Of a stretch of DNA of 64,000 nucleotides, positions 48,417-58,304 are shown in pieces. The notes under the pieces are model-generated. The model was not told the origin of the DNA, did not search any database, and worked only from the letters and a program-made list of their open reading frames with translations. This DNA is from Alphaproteobacteria bacterium. Its GTDB lineage: Bacteria; Pseudomonadota; Alphaproteobacteria; UBA6615. The DNA is taken from the NCBI GenBank assembly GCA_965261975.1, contig CBDHEC010000047.1, positions 78,986 to 142,985 of the forward strand, in the 5' to 3' direction. Positions within the stretch are counted from its first letter, which is position 1. Each line of letters starts with the position of its first letter. The position numbers and the translations under genes were made by a program.

Positions 48417-49848
48417 TGAGTAAGTCCTTCAGGCGCAGAAGCGCGATGCGTTCGACCTGGCGACAGGCCTCGGCGAATTCGGTCGCCCGGTCGTGTTCGA
48501 CCCGGCGCTGGAAGGCGGCGAGGATATCCGCCTTGGTCAGCCCCTTCACCGCGATGATGAACGGGAAGCCGAACTTGTCGCGATAGGTCGTGTTGAGTTC
48601 CTCGAATGTCGCGCGCTCATCATCCGTGAGCGCATCGAGCCCGGCCGAGGCCTGTTCGGCAGTGGATTCATCAGTCAGGCGCTTGGCCTGGGCGAGCTTG
48701 CCCGCCAGGTCCGGATGGGCGGTCAGCACGCCGAGATGTTCCTCCGCGCTGCCGGCACGGAACACCCGCGCCATGGCGTGGTGCAGCCCGGTCGCCGTGT
48801 CGTGAGCTGGGCCGAGTTCCAGTGCGTGGGCACGTTCGGCCACCCAGGGTGAATGTTCGAAGATGCCGCCATAGCGGGCGACGAATTCGTCCTTCGACAG
48901 GGTCGAGGGACGGTCGGTCAGGTCCGGCGGCGGAAAATGCGTGTGCCAGTGGCGCGCGATGTCGACCCGGCGGGCGAACCAGACTGCGTCATGAGACCGG
49001 ACATATTCGACGAAGCGCTTGAGCGCCTGGATGCGGCCGGGGCGGCCGACGATCCGGCAGTGCAGGCCAATCGACAGCATTTTGGGCGCCCCCGCTTCGC
49101 CTTCGGCATAAAGCGCGTCGAAGCTGTCCTTGAGATAGGTGAAAAACTGATCGCCGGAGTTGAAGCCCTGCGCCGTGGCGAAGCGCATGTCGTTGGCTTC
49201 CAGCGTGTAGGGCACGACGAGCAGTGGTTTGCTGCCCGACATATGCCAGTAGGGCAGTTCATCGGCATAACTGTCGGCGGTGTAGGCAAACCCGCCGATA
49301 TCAGCGAGCAGGTCGAGGGTGTTCGCGGTGCCCCGGCCCGTGTACCAGCCCAGCGGGCGTTCACCGGTCGCCTCGGTGTGGATACGGATACCGTCCTCGA
49401 TCAGGCGACGTTCCTCGTCGATCGAGAAATCCTTCCACTCGATCCATTTATGGCCGTGGCTGGCGATCTCCCAGCCAGCGTCGATCATCGCTGCGGTCTG
49501 GGCCGGTGAGCGTTCCAGTGCGGTGCCGACAGCATAGACGGTGACGGGAATCTCGGCCTCGGTGAACAAGCGGTGCAGGCGCCAGAAGCCGACGCGCGCG
49601 CCATACTCGTACATCGTCTCGATGTTCCAGTGCCGTTGGCCGGGCCAGGGCTGGGCGCCGACGACTTCCGACAGGAACGCCTCGGATGCGGCATCGCCAT
49701 GCAGAATATTGTTCTCGCCGCCTTCTTCGTAATTCATGACGAACTGCACGGCGATGCGGGCACCGTCCGGCCATTGCGGGTCGGGCGGTGTGGCGCCGTA
49801 GCCATGCAGATCACGTGGATAACGGTTCAAGTTTGTCCCCCTCGGCAA
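48409..49848 (-). CDS. puuE: Allantoinase PuuE fused to OHCU decarboxylase (UraD)
   Basis: NYEEGGE, YEYG.RVGFWR, GLHCR; C-term FEHSPW, AHPDLAG, S..EQ..AGL, FGFPFI. Confidence 0.92.
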   Translation of the reverse strand: MPRGTNLNRYPRDLHGYGATPPDPQWPDGARIAVQFVMNYEEGGENNILHGDAASEAFLSEVVGAQPWPGQRHWNIETMYEYGARVGFWRLHRLFTEAEIPVTVYAVGTALERSPAQTAAMIDAGWEIASHGHKWIEWKDFSIDEERRLIEDGIRIHTEATGERPLGWYTGRGTANTLDLLADIGGFAYTADSYADELPYWHMSGSKPLLVVPYTLEANDMRFATAQGFNSGDQFFTYLKDSFDALYAEGEAGAPKMLSIGLHCRIVGRPGRIQALKRFVEYVRSHDAVWFARRVDIARHWHTHFPPPDLTDRPSTLSKDEFVARYGGIFEHSPWVAERAHALELGPAHDTATGLHHAMARVFRAGSAEEHLGVLTAHPDLAGKLAQAKRLTDESTAEQASAGLDALTDDERATFEELNTTYRDKFGFPFIIAVKGLTKADILAAFQRRVEHDRATEFAEACRQVERIALLRLKDLLND

Positions 49849-49886
49849 ACAGACATTTACGTATAATCGAAAAGAATGTGTTCGAT

Positions 49887-49905
49887 TTTCAAATAAACGA
49901 TGAAA
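49887..49905. promoter_or_regulatory. Inverted repeat TTTCA-N9-TGAAA, possible LysR site
   Basis: Between divergent puuE and uraH. Confidence 0.35.
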
Positions 49906-49998
49906 GACATATATCGAAACACGGGTTTCGATTCGAGGTGTTAGTCGCTTGGATTGTCACGCGCTAACAGGGAATGCGAGATAAGGGGAGAGCAGCCG

Positions 49999-50364
49999 AT
50001 GGCCGCTGATGGCGGATACCTAACGACCCATGTTCTGGATACGGCGCGTGGCGCGCCGGCCGCGGGGCTGCGCATCGAGTTGTTTCGCCTCGACGGCGAG
50101 AACAGGGAACCTCTCGGGACCTTTGAAACGAACGCCGACGGGCGGACCGACGCGCCGGTTTTGCCGGCCGAGACGTTTGCGACCGGCGCATACGAACTGG
50201 TCTTTCACGCCGGAGATTATATCGCGCGGTCCGGCGCAACGCTGGCCGAGGGGGTTTTCCTCGATGTGGTGCCGATCCGCTTCACGATCTCCGACGGGGC
50301 GGCGCATTATCATGTGCCGTTGCTGCTGTCGCCCTATGGCTATGCGACCTATCGCGGAAGCTGA
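49999..50364 (+). CDS. uraH: 5-hydroxyisourate hydrolase
   Basis: [27 protein letters not shown]. Confidence 0.93.
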   Translation: MAADGGYLTTHVLDTARGAPAAGLRIELFRLDGENREPLGTFETNADGRTDAPVLPAETFATGAYELVFHAGDYIARSGATLAEGVFLDVVPIRFTISDGAAHYHVPLLLSPYGYATYRGS

Positions 50365-51281
50365 AACAGGGAATCGCGTTCCTTGAGCTGCGACTTGCAC
50401 TTGCTGACCATGAAATCGATGAAGAGCTGGATCTTGGGATCGAGGAATCGCTTGTGCGGATAAAGACAGCTCAGCTGCGCGGAGGTCGGCGGGGTCCGGG
50501 TCGCCACCGGCACGAGGGTGCCCGCCCGCAGATGTTCGGCAATCTCGAAGATCGGCTTGATGGCAATGCCGCGACCGTCCAGGGCCCAGGCGGTCAGCAC
50601 ATCGCCGTCGTCGGATTCGAACGGGCCGGTCACCTCGAAACGCTGCGGCCCGTCGTCGGTGGCGAGTGTCCACTGCATTTCGTCGGCGCCGGGAAACCGC
50701 AGCAGCAGGCAATCATGTCCGTCCGCGACGAGATCGTGACCGCTTTCCGGCGTCCCGCGCCGCGCAAGGTACTCAGGCGCGGCACACAGTACGCGCTGGC
50801 ATTCCGCGATGTTCGTCAGGCGAAGGGCGGAGTCCGCGAGGTTGCCGAGGTGGAACGCGATGTCCACCCCCTCGCGGGTCAAGTCGACGTTCCTGTCGGA
50901 CATGCGCAGCCGTACGCTGATTTCGGGATACGCGTCATTGAAGGCGGGCACATGCGGCGCGATCAGACGTTTGCCGACACCCAGGGGGGCTGCCACATAG
51001 ATCGACCCGCGCGGGTTCTGCGCGATATTGGCCACCGCCGCCTCGGCCTCGTCGATCGCCTGGAGAATATTAATCGCGCCGTCATAGTAGGTGGTGCCAT
51101 GTTCGGTCGGGTGCAGCCGTCGGGTCGTGCGGTTGAACAGGCGCACGCCGAGATGTTTTTCGAGCTTGGAGATGCGGCTCGAGGCGACGGCGGGCGAGAC
51201 CTGCTGGTCGCGCGCGGCTTCGGACATGCTTCCCAGTTCGTAGACCCGGACGAACATTCTGATGTTTTCAACATGTGGCAT
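50349..51281 (-). CDS. LysR family regulator
   Basis: [23 protein letters not shown]. Confidence 0.92.
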   Translation of the reverse strand: MPHVENIRMFVRVYELGSMSEAARDQQVSPAVASSRISKLEKHLGVRLFNRTTRRLHPTEHGTTYYDGAINILQAIDEAEAAVANIAQNPRGSIYVAAPLGVGKRLIAPHVPAFNDAYPEISVRLRMSDRNVDLTREGVDIAFHLGNLADSALRLTNIAECQRVLCAAPEYLARRGTPESGHDLVADGHDCLLLRFPGADEMQWTLATDDGPQRFEVTGPFESDDGDVLTAWALDGRGIAIKPIFEIAEHLRAGTLVPVATRTPPTSAQLSCLYPHKRFLDPKIQLFIDFMVSKCKSQLKERDSLFQLPR

Positions 51282-51385
51282 GGTGCGAGCAATCTATCGG
51301 AAAAGGCTGCAAACTCTGTAAGCTTTTGTGCTCTGAAGGGCCGACACAAGAAACACCGGTGCGGGCGCACCATAAGGGGGACGTG

Positions 51386-52636
51386 ATGGAAACGGCGTTG
51401 GTAATGGAATGGCTGTCTTTCGCAGCACGATGGTTTCACGTGATCGCAGGCATCGCCTGGATCGGCTCATCCTTCTACTTCATTGCGCTCGACCTGGGGT
51501 TGCGCAAGGCGCCCGACCTGCCCGAGGGGGCCTATGGCGAGGAATGGCAGGTGCATGGCGGCGGCTTCTATCACATCCAGAAATACCTCGTGGCGCCGGC
51601 CGCGCTGCCGGAGCATCTGACCTGGTTCAAATGGGAATCCTACTGGGCCTGGATGTCGGGATTCATCCTTCTGGTGCTCGTCTACTACATGGGTGCGGAG
51701 CTCTACCTGGTCGACCCCGATGTCCTGGATATCTCGCCGGCGGTCGGGATCGCGATTTCGTTCGGATCGCTGGTGTTCGGCTGGATCGCCTATGACTTCA
51801 TCTGCAAGAGCCCGCTGGGCCGGAACAACACGACCCTGATGCTGTTGCTCTATGTGCTGCTGGTCATCATGGCCTGGGGATACACCCAGGTGTTCACGCC
51901 CCGCGCGGCATTCCTGCATCTGGGCGCCTTCACCGCGACGATCATGTCGGCGAACGTGTTCATCACCATCATCCCGAGCCAGCGTATCGTGGTCGCCGAC
52001 CTGAAGGCCGGTCGTACGCCCGAGGCCAAGCACGGCATCCTCGCCAAGCAGCGCTCGAGGCACAATAACTACCTGACCCTTCCGGTCGTGTTCCTGATGC
52101 TGTCGAACCATTATCCGCAGGCGTTCGCGACCGAGTTCAGTTGGGTGATCGCCAGCCTGATCTTCCTGATGGGCGTGACGATCCGCCACTATTTCAACTC
52201 GGTCCATGCCCGAAAGGGAAACCCGATCTGGACCTGGGGTGCCACGGCGATGATCTTCATCATCATCATGTGGTTGTCGGCTTTCTCGACCCTGTTCGAG
52301 AACGACGCCGAGGAGACGACTGAGCTGACGCCGTCACAGCAGCGATTCGCCGAAGCGCCGACTTTCCACGCGGTGCGCGATGTTGTGCAGGGTCGCTGCG
52401 CCATGTGCCATGCGTCGGTCACCTCGTGGGACGGCATCATCAAGGCGCCGAAGGGCGTGAAGTTGGAGACCGAAAGGCAGATCGCCTCCTATGCCCGCGA
52501 GATATACCTGCAGGCCGGTCACACGCGCGCCATGCCGCCGGCGAATGTCTCGTTCATGGAAGATGATGAGCGGCGTTTGATCGTCGATTGGTACCGGTCG
52601 GTCGCGGGGACGCGCTTCGCCTCATTCTGGGACTGA
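51386..52636 (+). CDS. puuD: Urate hydroxylase PuuD
   Basis: RWFHVIAGIAWIGSSFYF, WQVHGGGFY, RSRHNNY, C-terminal CAMCH. Confidence 0.92.
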   Translation: METALVMEWLSFAARWFHVIAGIAWIGSSFYFIALDLGLRKAPDLPEGAYGEEWQVHGGGFYHIQKYLVAPAALPEHLTWFKWESYWAWMSGFILLVLVYYMGAELYLVDPDVLDISPAVGIAISFGSLVFGWIAYDFICKSPLGRNNTTLMLLLYVLLVIMAWGYTQVFTPRAAFLHLGAFTATIMSANVFITIIPSQRIVVADLKAGRTPEAKHGILAKQRSRHNNYLTLPVVFLMLSNHYPQAFATEFSWVIASLIFLMGVTIRHYFNSVHARKGNPIWTWGATAMIFIIIMWLSAFSTLFENDAEETTELTPSQQRFAEAPTFHAVRDVVQGRCAMCHASVTSWDGIIKAPKGVKLETERQIASYAREIYLQAGHTRAMPPANVSFMEDDERRLIVDWYRSVAGTRFASFWD

Positions 52637-52718
52637 TCGGGCGAATACGCGCCGTTTTTCGGGTAAATGCGTTGCGATAATGCGTCCGTTTGCGCGACGG
52701 CGGTGATACGCCGTCCCC

Positions 52719-53198
52719 ATGACGGCACCCGCGACCCAAACTGATTACGATCCCTATGTCTGGCACGACGACACGCTCTACGGCATGCGGTTCCACACGC
52801 CTGATCTGACCACGCCCAATCCCGGCGCAAGCGACTGGGCCAGCCTGTTCATTCTGGATATCGACCATATCGTCGCCTGGGTACGCGCGGGCGAGACGAT
52901 GCGGTTTCGCATCGCGCCCGCCGACCTGATTTTCCGCGAGGTATGCGATCTCGAGATGGCCGTCGACTGGGGCGACTCTGACGGACAGATCGGACTGCAC
53001 GAGCCGGCCATCGACCAGATTGAGCGCGATCCGGTCGCGGTCGCGGATGGCCGGCCGTCGATGTTTCAGTGGCGGATCGCGTTGCGTAATCCCACCGGCG
53101 GTGTGATCGAGTTTCGCGCGCGCGGATTCGATCTGAATCTGCGCTGCGATCCCGTCTTGCGCGACGAGCAGCGCATGCCCGTTTCGGTGCGCGCCTAG
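52719..53198 (+). CDS. Hypothetical protein
   Basis: 159 aa with host-like codon usage; WHD..YG, LDIDHI. Confidence 0.6.
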   Translation: MTAPATQTDYDPYVWHDDTLYGMRFHTPDLTTPNPGASDWASLFILDIDHIVAWVRAGETMRFRIAPADLIFREVCDLEMAVDWGDSDGQIGLHEPAIDQIERDPVAVADGRPSMFQWRIALRNPTGGVIEFRARGFDLNLRCDPVLRDEQRMPVSVRA

Positions 53199-54487
53199 TT
53201 CGCGTCCAGGGGATAGTTCCAGATCAGCCGGATGGCGAGGAGCTTGAAGGCGACCGGCACCAGCCCGTAGAGGCCGGCGAGCACCAGGAGGGATGCGGGG
53301 CTGTTGGTCGCGGCATCGCCGCTGAACCCGGCGAGACCCAGAATCGGAAACGCGATGCCGACGCCCAGCGCCAGGGGTATCTTGGCGGCGACCCCCCACA
53401 GGCCGAACAGCATGCCGGTCCGCCGGGACCCGGTGCGTGCCGTATCGAGGTCGACGACATCGGCCTGCATCGAGGGTGGCATGACGAGCTCGGCCCCCAG
53501 CGGGATACCCGTCCAGATACAGATCGCGATAAACCAGGCGAGATCGCCATCGCCGAGCAAGGCCGCGGGCCAGAAGCCCGTCGCGGCCATCGACATGGCG
53601 AGGATCCAGCTGCGGCGCTTGCCGAGGCGGCGGCTGACCGCCAACCAGATCGGCAATGCCGCGATCGCGCTTGCGAAGTAGATGATCAGCAACAACCACG
53701 ACCAGTCAGGCCGGCCCAGAACATGCTCGGTGTAGAGGAGAAACAGCGTGGCCGGCAGGCCGTAGGCGATTCCGTTGACGAAATAGGCGGAGATCAACTG
53801 GCGGAAGGGATGATTGCCCCAGAGTTGCCCGAGGCCGGACAGCACCGGTTTCTGCAAGGCTGGTTTCGCCACGGGCGGATCGGGCAATGCCACCAGTGCG
53901 ATGCCGATGGTCAGCGGTGCGAGCACGAGCAACGCGATGGCGGTCCCGTCCATGATGATCGCGCGGTCGATGCCGAACAGGGCCGGGACTGCCATCGCGC
54001 ACAGGGTACCGATGACCAGCGCGGCCTCCCGTGCGCCGGCGATCCGGCTCCGCTCGTGATGGTCCGACGAGAGTTCGGCCGCCCAGGCCGTGTAGGGCAG
54101 CATCACCATCGTGCCGCCGAGATAGAGGGTCGCGGTGGCCATCGCCAGGTGGGGCCACCCGATGGCGGCAGGGGGCTGGAACAGGGCCCACGCGCCCGCG
54201 ACCATCAGCGGGATCCCGGCCAGAAGCCAGGGCCGTCGGCGCCCCAGACGGCTGCGGGTGCGATCCGACAGGGTGCCGACCAGGGGGTCGGTCACGACGT
54301 CCCAGGCGCGTGCCAGAAGCAGGACCAGTCCCACGGTCGTGAACCCGAGGCCCAGGTCGTCGGCATAGTAGGTCGGAACCGTGATGAAGAGCGGCAGCAG
54401 GAGGATGGCGAGCGGCAGCCCCGGCAGGCCATAGGCGAGAAGTTGCCCGCTCGACAGGCCGCGGGAAGGGGTTGATGGGCGGTCCAC
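53195..54487 (-). CDS. MFS/GPH family transporter
   Basis: DVVTDPLVGTLSDRT..GRRRPW, PSMQADVVD. Confidence 0.88.
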   Translation of the reverse strand: MDRPSTPSRGLSSGQLLAYGLPGLPLAILLLPLFITVPTYYADDLGLGFTTVGLVLLLARAWDVVTDPLVGTLSDRTRSRLGRRRPWLLAGIPLMVAGAWALFQPPAAIGWPHLAMATATLYLGGTMVMLPYTAWAAELSSDHHERSRIAGAREAALVIGTLCAMAVPALFGIDRAIIMDGTAIALLVLAPLTIGIALVALPDPPVAKPALQKPVLSGLGQLWGNHPFRQLISAYFVNGIAYGLPATLFLLYTEHVLGRPDWSWLLLIIYFASAIAALPIWLAVSRRLGKRRSWILAMSMAATGFWPAALLGDGDLAWFIAICIWTGIPLGAELVMPPSMQADVVDLDTARTGSRRTGMLFGLWGVAAKIPLALGVGIAFPILGLAGFSGDAATNSPASLLVLAGLYGLVPVAFKLLAIRLIWNYPLDAN

Positions 54488-54497
54488 GGTATGCCGG

Positions 54498-55220
54498 CTA
54501 GCGCCGCGCGTTCATGATGGTTCCCGCCATACTGATGGGGACATCGCCCAGCCGTTCCACCAGCCGGTACGTGACCTGCGCACCGCGCGCCACGAAGGCC
54601 AGCCCGACCAGGACGCCGCCGTCGTCGTACCAGAGGTCGATCTCGAGATCGCCTTCCATCCGGTATTGGGTGGCCGGGATCATGCCCGCCGGGCCGGACA
54701 CCGGCTCGCGCCCCACCCGGCGTACCGCGACCTCGAGCAACTCGCCGGTCTGGGAATTGATCAGCTGGTTCTGGCGCACCGTTGCGGCCATCCAGTAGGT
54801 CGAGGGCAACATCGAAGGCGTGACGGTGATGGCGGCCGTGTCGTCGGCAATGACCCGCAGGCCGCCACCGTCGGAAACCGCCTGTACCCGGTGCCGGGTC
54901 CCGTTGTCGTCGGTAACGCTTTGCAGGGCGACGAGCTGCCCGCCGCGCCATTCCGTACGGTTTGTATGGCTGTAGGTAAACACGGTGAACGGGCCGAACT
55001 TGATGTTGAGATCGATGTCGATCGCCACGTTCAGCCTGTCATCGGGCCGGCGTTCGAAGGTGAGGGCATGTTCACCGATCGGCCGGCCGTCGAGATCGAC
55101 TTCGAAGCGCAGGACGCTGTCGCGTGATGCGTCTGCCGACAGTTGCGCGGCGGGGAGAATAATCAACCCGGCCAGGACGGCACCCGCGGAAATATATCTG
55201 ATGATGTGCTGCATGATCAC
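54498..55220 (-). CDS. Exported protein (DUF6134-like)
   Basis: F.V..DG..IGEH, YSH.N.TEW..G.L, PSTYW, LWYD. Confidence 0.7.
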   Translation of the reverse strand: MIMQHIIRYISAGAVLAGLIILPAAQLSADASRDSVLRFEVDLDGRPIGEHALTFERRPDDRLNVAIDIDLNIKFGPFTVFTYSHTNRTEWRGGQLVALQSVTDDNGTRHRVQAVSDGGGLRVIADDTAAITVTPSMLPSTYWMAATVRQNQLINSQTGELLEVAVRRVGREPVSGPAGMIPATQYRMEGDLEIDLWYDDGGVLVGLAFVARGAQVTYRLVERLGDVPISMAGTIMNARR

Positions 55221-55226
55221 ACCGGA

Positions 55227-55252
55227 TACGCAGCAGACCTGCTGTTGGATCA
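55227..55252 (-). promoter_or_regulatory. RpoE-type promoter TGATCC-N15-GCGTATC
   Basis: Perfect motif; the -35 TGA is also the ubiX stop codon. Confidence 0.78.
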
Positions 55253-55855
55253 GCTCTTGTCGGCGGTGCCCGTCCAGCGTTGGAGCAGGTCGTGCTCGAT
55301 CCCGAACAGATCGAGCGCGCGCCCGACCGTATGGTCGATCATGTCGTCGATGGTCTCGGGTCGGGGATAGAAGGCCGGCATGGGCGGCATGATGATCGCG
55401 CCGATCTCCGACGCTTCCGTCAGGGTGCGCAGGTGGCCCGTATGCAGAGGGCTCTCGCGAACCATCAGCACCAGCCGCCGACGTTCCTTGAGCGTGACAT
55501 CGGCAGCGCGCGTCAGCAATGTCTGGGTTGCGCCGGACGCGATCTCGGCGGCCGATTTTACGGCACAGGGCGCGACGATCATGCCCAGGGTGATCATCGA
55601 CCCCGACGAGATGGCTGCGCCGACATCGCTGGCCGGGTAGACCGTGTCGGCGAGCGCGTATAGATCATCGCGCGTGAGGTCAGTCTCGTAGTCCAGGGTC
55701 ATCAGCCCCGGCCGGGTGATCACCAGATGGCTTTCCACATCGGTATCGCGCAGGGCCTGCAGCAGGCGGATGCCGTAGGCAATGCCCGTCGCGCCGGAAA
55801 TACCGACAATCAGGCGGCGGGGTTCGCCGGGAGGAAAATAGGGATCATGAGACAT
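55250..55855 (-). CDS. ubiX: Flavin prenyltransferase UbiX
   Basis: GISGATG, ISSGS, RAADVTLKERR, RESP, PAFY. Confidence 0.92.
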   Translation of the reverse strand: MSHDPYFPPGEPRRLIVGISGATGIAYGIRLLQALRDTDVESHLVITRPGLMTLDYETDLTRDDLYALADTVYPASDVGAAISSGSMITLGMIVAPCAVKSAAEIASGATQTLLTRAADVTLKERRRLVLMVRESPLHTGHLRTLTEASEIGAIIMPPMPAFYPRPETIDDMIDHTVGRALDLFGIEHDLLQRWTGTADKS

Positions 55856-55883
55856 GGAACAGCGGTTCTAGCCGGTTCGGACG

Positions 55884-56102
55884 CTAGACACCATCCGCCA
55901 GCGCCCGCACCTCGTCGTCATCCGGGAAGCGCGCATTCTCGAGTTTCGAGAACAGCAACGCGCCGTCGCGGGTGATTTCGAATGCGCCGGTGCGTCCGGG
56001 GGCAACCTCGACGGTTGCACCAAGCTGTTCGAGCAGGTCCCTCGCACGGAGCGCACGCGGCTCATAGTTTCAAATCTTGCAGTATTCGATCTGGAAGTTC
56101 AT
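55884..56102 (-). CDS. SelW/Rdx family selenoprotein (CxxU, in-frame TGA at 56070-56072)
   Basis: MNFQIEYCKI-U-NYEPRALRARDLL..GRTGAFEIT.DG.LLFSKL...RFP..EV, 72 aa. Confidence 0.85.
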
Positions 56103-56196
56103 CGGCACCATCCGGCGGTCGCGTTGTGAATGTTCATATGGTCTGCGATTGACCTAACGCAACCGGAAAGCTGATTGGCGCGCTAGAATTTTGCTT

Positions 56197-56526
56197 ATGC
56201 GCTTCATTGCTACACTAATTCTTGCCGTGTCGCTTGGCGCGACGATGTCGGCGTCGAGCCCGGCCGCCGCGCAGGAGGAACGTGAACGGCGTATCGGCGC
56301 GCAGCTGTCGCAGGATTTGTGCGCCGGATGTCATATCGTTTCCGAAGAACAACGCGGGCCGGTGCTGGAAGGCATGCCGTCCTTCCCCGAGCTTGCGCGT
56401 TCCAGGCGCTCCGACGCGCAGTTGCGGGCCTGGCTCACGGATCCCCATCCGCCGATGCCGCCACTTCCCCTGTCTGAACGAGAGATCGCCAGCGTCATCG
56501 CCTACATCCGCTCCTTTGCGGACTGA
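56197..56526 (+). CDS. Small c-type cytochrome
   Basis: Signal peptide, CAGCH, PHPPMP. Confidence 0.85.
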   Translation: MRFIATLILAVSLGATMSASSPAAAQEERERRIGAQLSQDLCAGCHIVSEEQRGPVLEGMPSFPELARSRRSDAQLRAWLTDPHPPMPPLPLSEREIASVIAYIRSFAD

Positions 56527-56555
56527 CCGGGTTGTCCCCGCATCACTCGATGCCC

Positions 56556-57386
56556 CTAGAGCGCCACCCCGGGTTCCTCGAGGCCGTGGGCCGTCAGTGT
56601 TTGTGTGATGTGGTGATAGGCGTCATCGATCGAATCGGTTCGGTAGAAAAGGTCGAGATCGCCTTCGCTGATGGTGCCGAAATCGATGAGCGCATCCATG
56701 TCGATCACCCGATCCCAGAATTCGTGCCCGAACAGGACGACCGGCAGGCGTTTCTTTATTTTCTGGGTCTGTACCAGGGTCAGGATTTCGAACAGTTCGT
56801 CGAGCGTTCCGAAGCCACCGGGAAACAGCACGACGGCCTTGGCCGGGTAGGTGAACCAGAATTTCCGCATGAAGAAGTAGTGGAACATCACGTTCAGCTC
56901 GCGGCTGACATAGGGGTTCTCGAAATCCTCGAATGGCAGTGAGATGGTCAGGCCGATGTTCATGCCCTTGGCCTCGGACGCGCCGCGGTTCGCGGCCTCC
57001 ATGATGCCCGGCCCCCCGCCGGTGCAGACGACGAACCGGCGTTTGTCTTCGCCCAGTCCTTTCGACCATTCGGTGAGCCGGAAGGCCAGCGCGCGTGCGG
57101 CCTCGTAGTAAACCGACATGCGCTCGGCCCGGGCGGCCGCGTTCTTGTCGCCGTCGCCCTGTTCGGCCGCCGCGACCATGGCCGCAGCATCTTCGGGCGA
57201 CTTAATCCGGGCGGACCCCATAAACACGATGGTGTCATCGATGTCGTAATGCTCGAACCGGGAAAGCGGCTCCTGATACTCCGCAAGGATGCGGATCGCA
57301 CGCGCGTCCCGGCTGTGGAGGAAATCCGGGTTCTCGTATGCCTTCGGGGGAATTAAGGAGGGTTTGTCTGCGCTCTCATCGCTCAT
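56556..57386 (-). CDS. LOG family nucleotide phosphoribohydrolase
   Basis: TGGGPGIMEAANRGA, FFMRK, PGGFGTLDE. Confidence 0.9.
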   Translation of the reverse strand: MSDESADKPSLIPPKAYENPDFLHSRDARAIRILAEYQEPLSRFEHYDIDDTIVFMGSARIKSPEDAAAMVAAAEQGDGDKNAAARAERMSVYYEAARALAFRLTEWSKGLGEDKRRFVVCTGGGPGIMEAANRGASEAKGMNIGLTISLPFEDFENPYVSRELNVMFHYFFMRKFWFTYPAKAVVLFPGGFGTLDELFEILTLVQTQKIKKRLPVVLFGHEFWDRVIDMDALIDFGTISEGDLDLFYRTDSIDDAYHHITQTLTAHGLEEPGVAL

Positions 57387-57431
57387 GGATGGCGTCCGTC
57401 CTGTCCTCGGGTTGTCGCTGCGCCGTTTGGC

Positions 57432-58286
57432 TCAGTTGTCGGAGAATTCCGGGATGTTTGGCCGTGCGCCCCACATGCAGAACGACTCGTCCTTGAACGG
57501 CAGCTGGCGCGGCCGCCAGTCGGCGTCCACGTTTCGCACGCCTGACGAATACTCATAGGTCATGCCGTCGGGTCCCTCGTAGTAGAGGAACATCGCACCG
57601 GATGTCGGGTGGCGGCCGGGGCCGAACCTGATCTGCACCTGCCGCTCCGTGAGGAAATAGTGAGAGCGCATGATGTCGTCGATCGATTCGACCTGGAAAT
57701 TGATGTGCTGGATGCCTGCATGATCCGTGGGGAACAGCGCGATGCGGTGATGCACCTCGTCGAACGACATCAGGGCGGCATCGCCGATCCGGTCATTGGC
57801 CCGGATGTTGAACAGGCCCGACCAGAATTTTTCGTCACGTACCGGGTCGGTTGTCTTGATGCCGATATGGCTGAACTCTGTGATGCCCGCATCACGCGAC
57901 GGGAAGTAGCGACGCCCTGAATGGAAGGGCCGCACCACGAGATCGACCGAGTTGCCCGTCGGGTCGGCGAAGTTGATGAATCCCATGACCCGTCGATCCG
58001 CCGCGTCCGCGTCGCTGCCCCGGTTCACGCTGATCCCCGCGGCCTCCAGTGTGGCCGCGGCCGCCTCCAGCGCGTCGAAGGTTTCGACCTCCAGCCCGAA
58101 GCTGTGGTCTTTCGGGTCACCTTCGAAATAGCAGATGTTGTGATCGCGATGATCGCCACGCAGATACACCTGACCGTTGGCACGGTCGACTTCTTCCAAT
58201 CCAATCAGGTTCTTGGCGAAATCGACGGTTGAGTCGAGGTCGGTTGTCCCGAGGCGGCAGTAACGGATGTCGACGATTTCGATCAT
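57432..58286 (-). CDS. VOC extradiol ring-cleavage dioxygenase (CmtC/DhbA-like), copy 2
   Basis: YCRLGT, DPTGN, FSHIG, HHRIAL, QHINF, GPGRHP, YEYS. Confidence 0.8.
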   Translation of the reverse strand: MIEIVDIRYCRLGTTDLDSTVDFAKNLIGLEEVDRANGQVYLRGDHRDHNICYFEGDPKDHSFGLEVETFDALEAAAATLEAAGISVNRGSDADAADRRVMGFINFADPTGNSVDLVVRPFHSGRRYFPSRDAGITEFSHIGIKTTDPVRDEKFWSGLFNIRANDRIGDAALMSFDEVHHRIALFPTDHAGIQHINFQVESIDDIMRSHYFLTERQVQIRFGPGRHPTSGAMFLYYEGPDGMTYEYSSGVRNVDADWRPRQLPFKDESFCMWGARPNIPEFSDN

Positions 58287-58304
58287 TGTTTCGGGTCTCG
58301 CCCT

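Noticed and set aside
48409-49848. PuuE-UraD fusion as a novelty
   Set aside because: This fusion is already known in marine Alphaproteobacteria.
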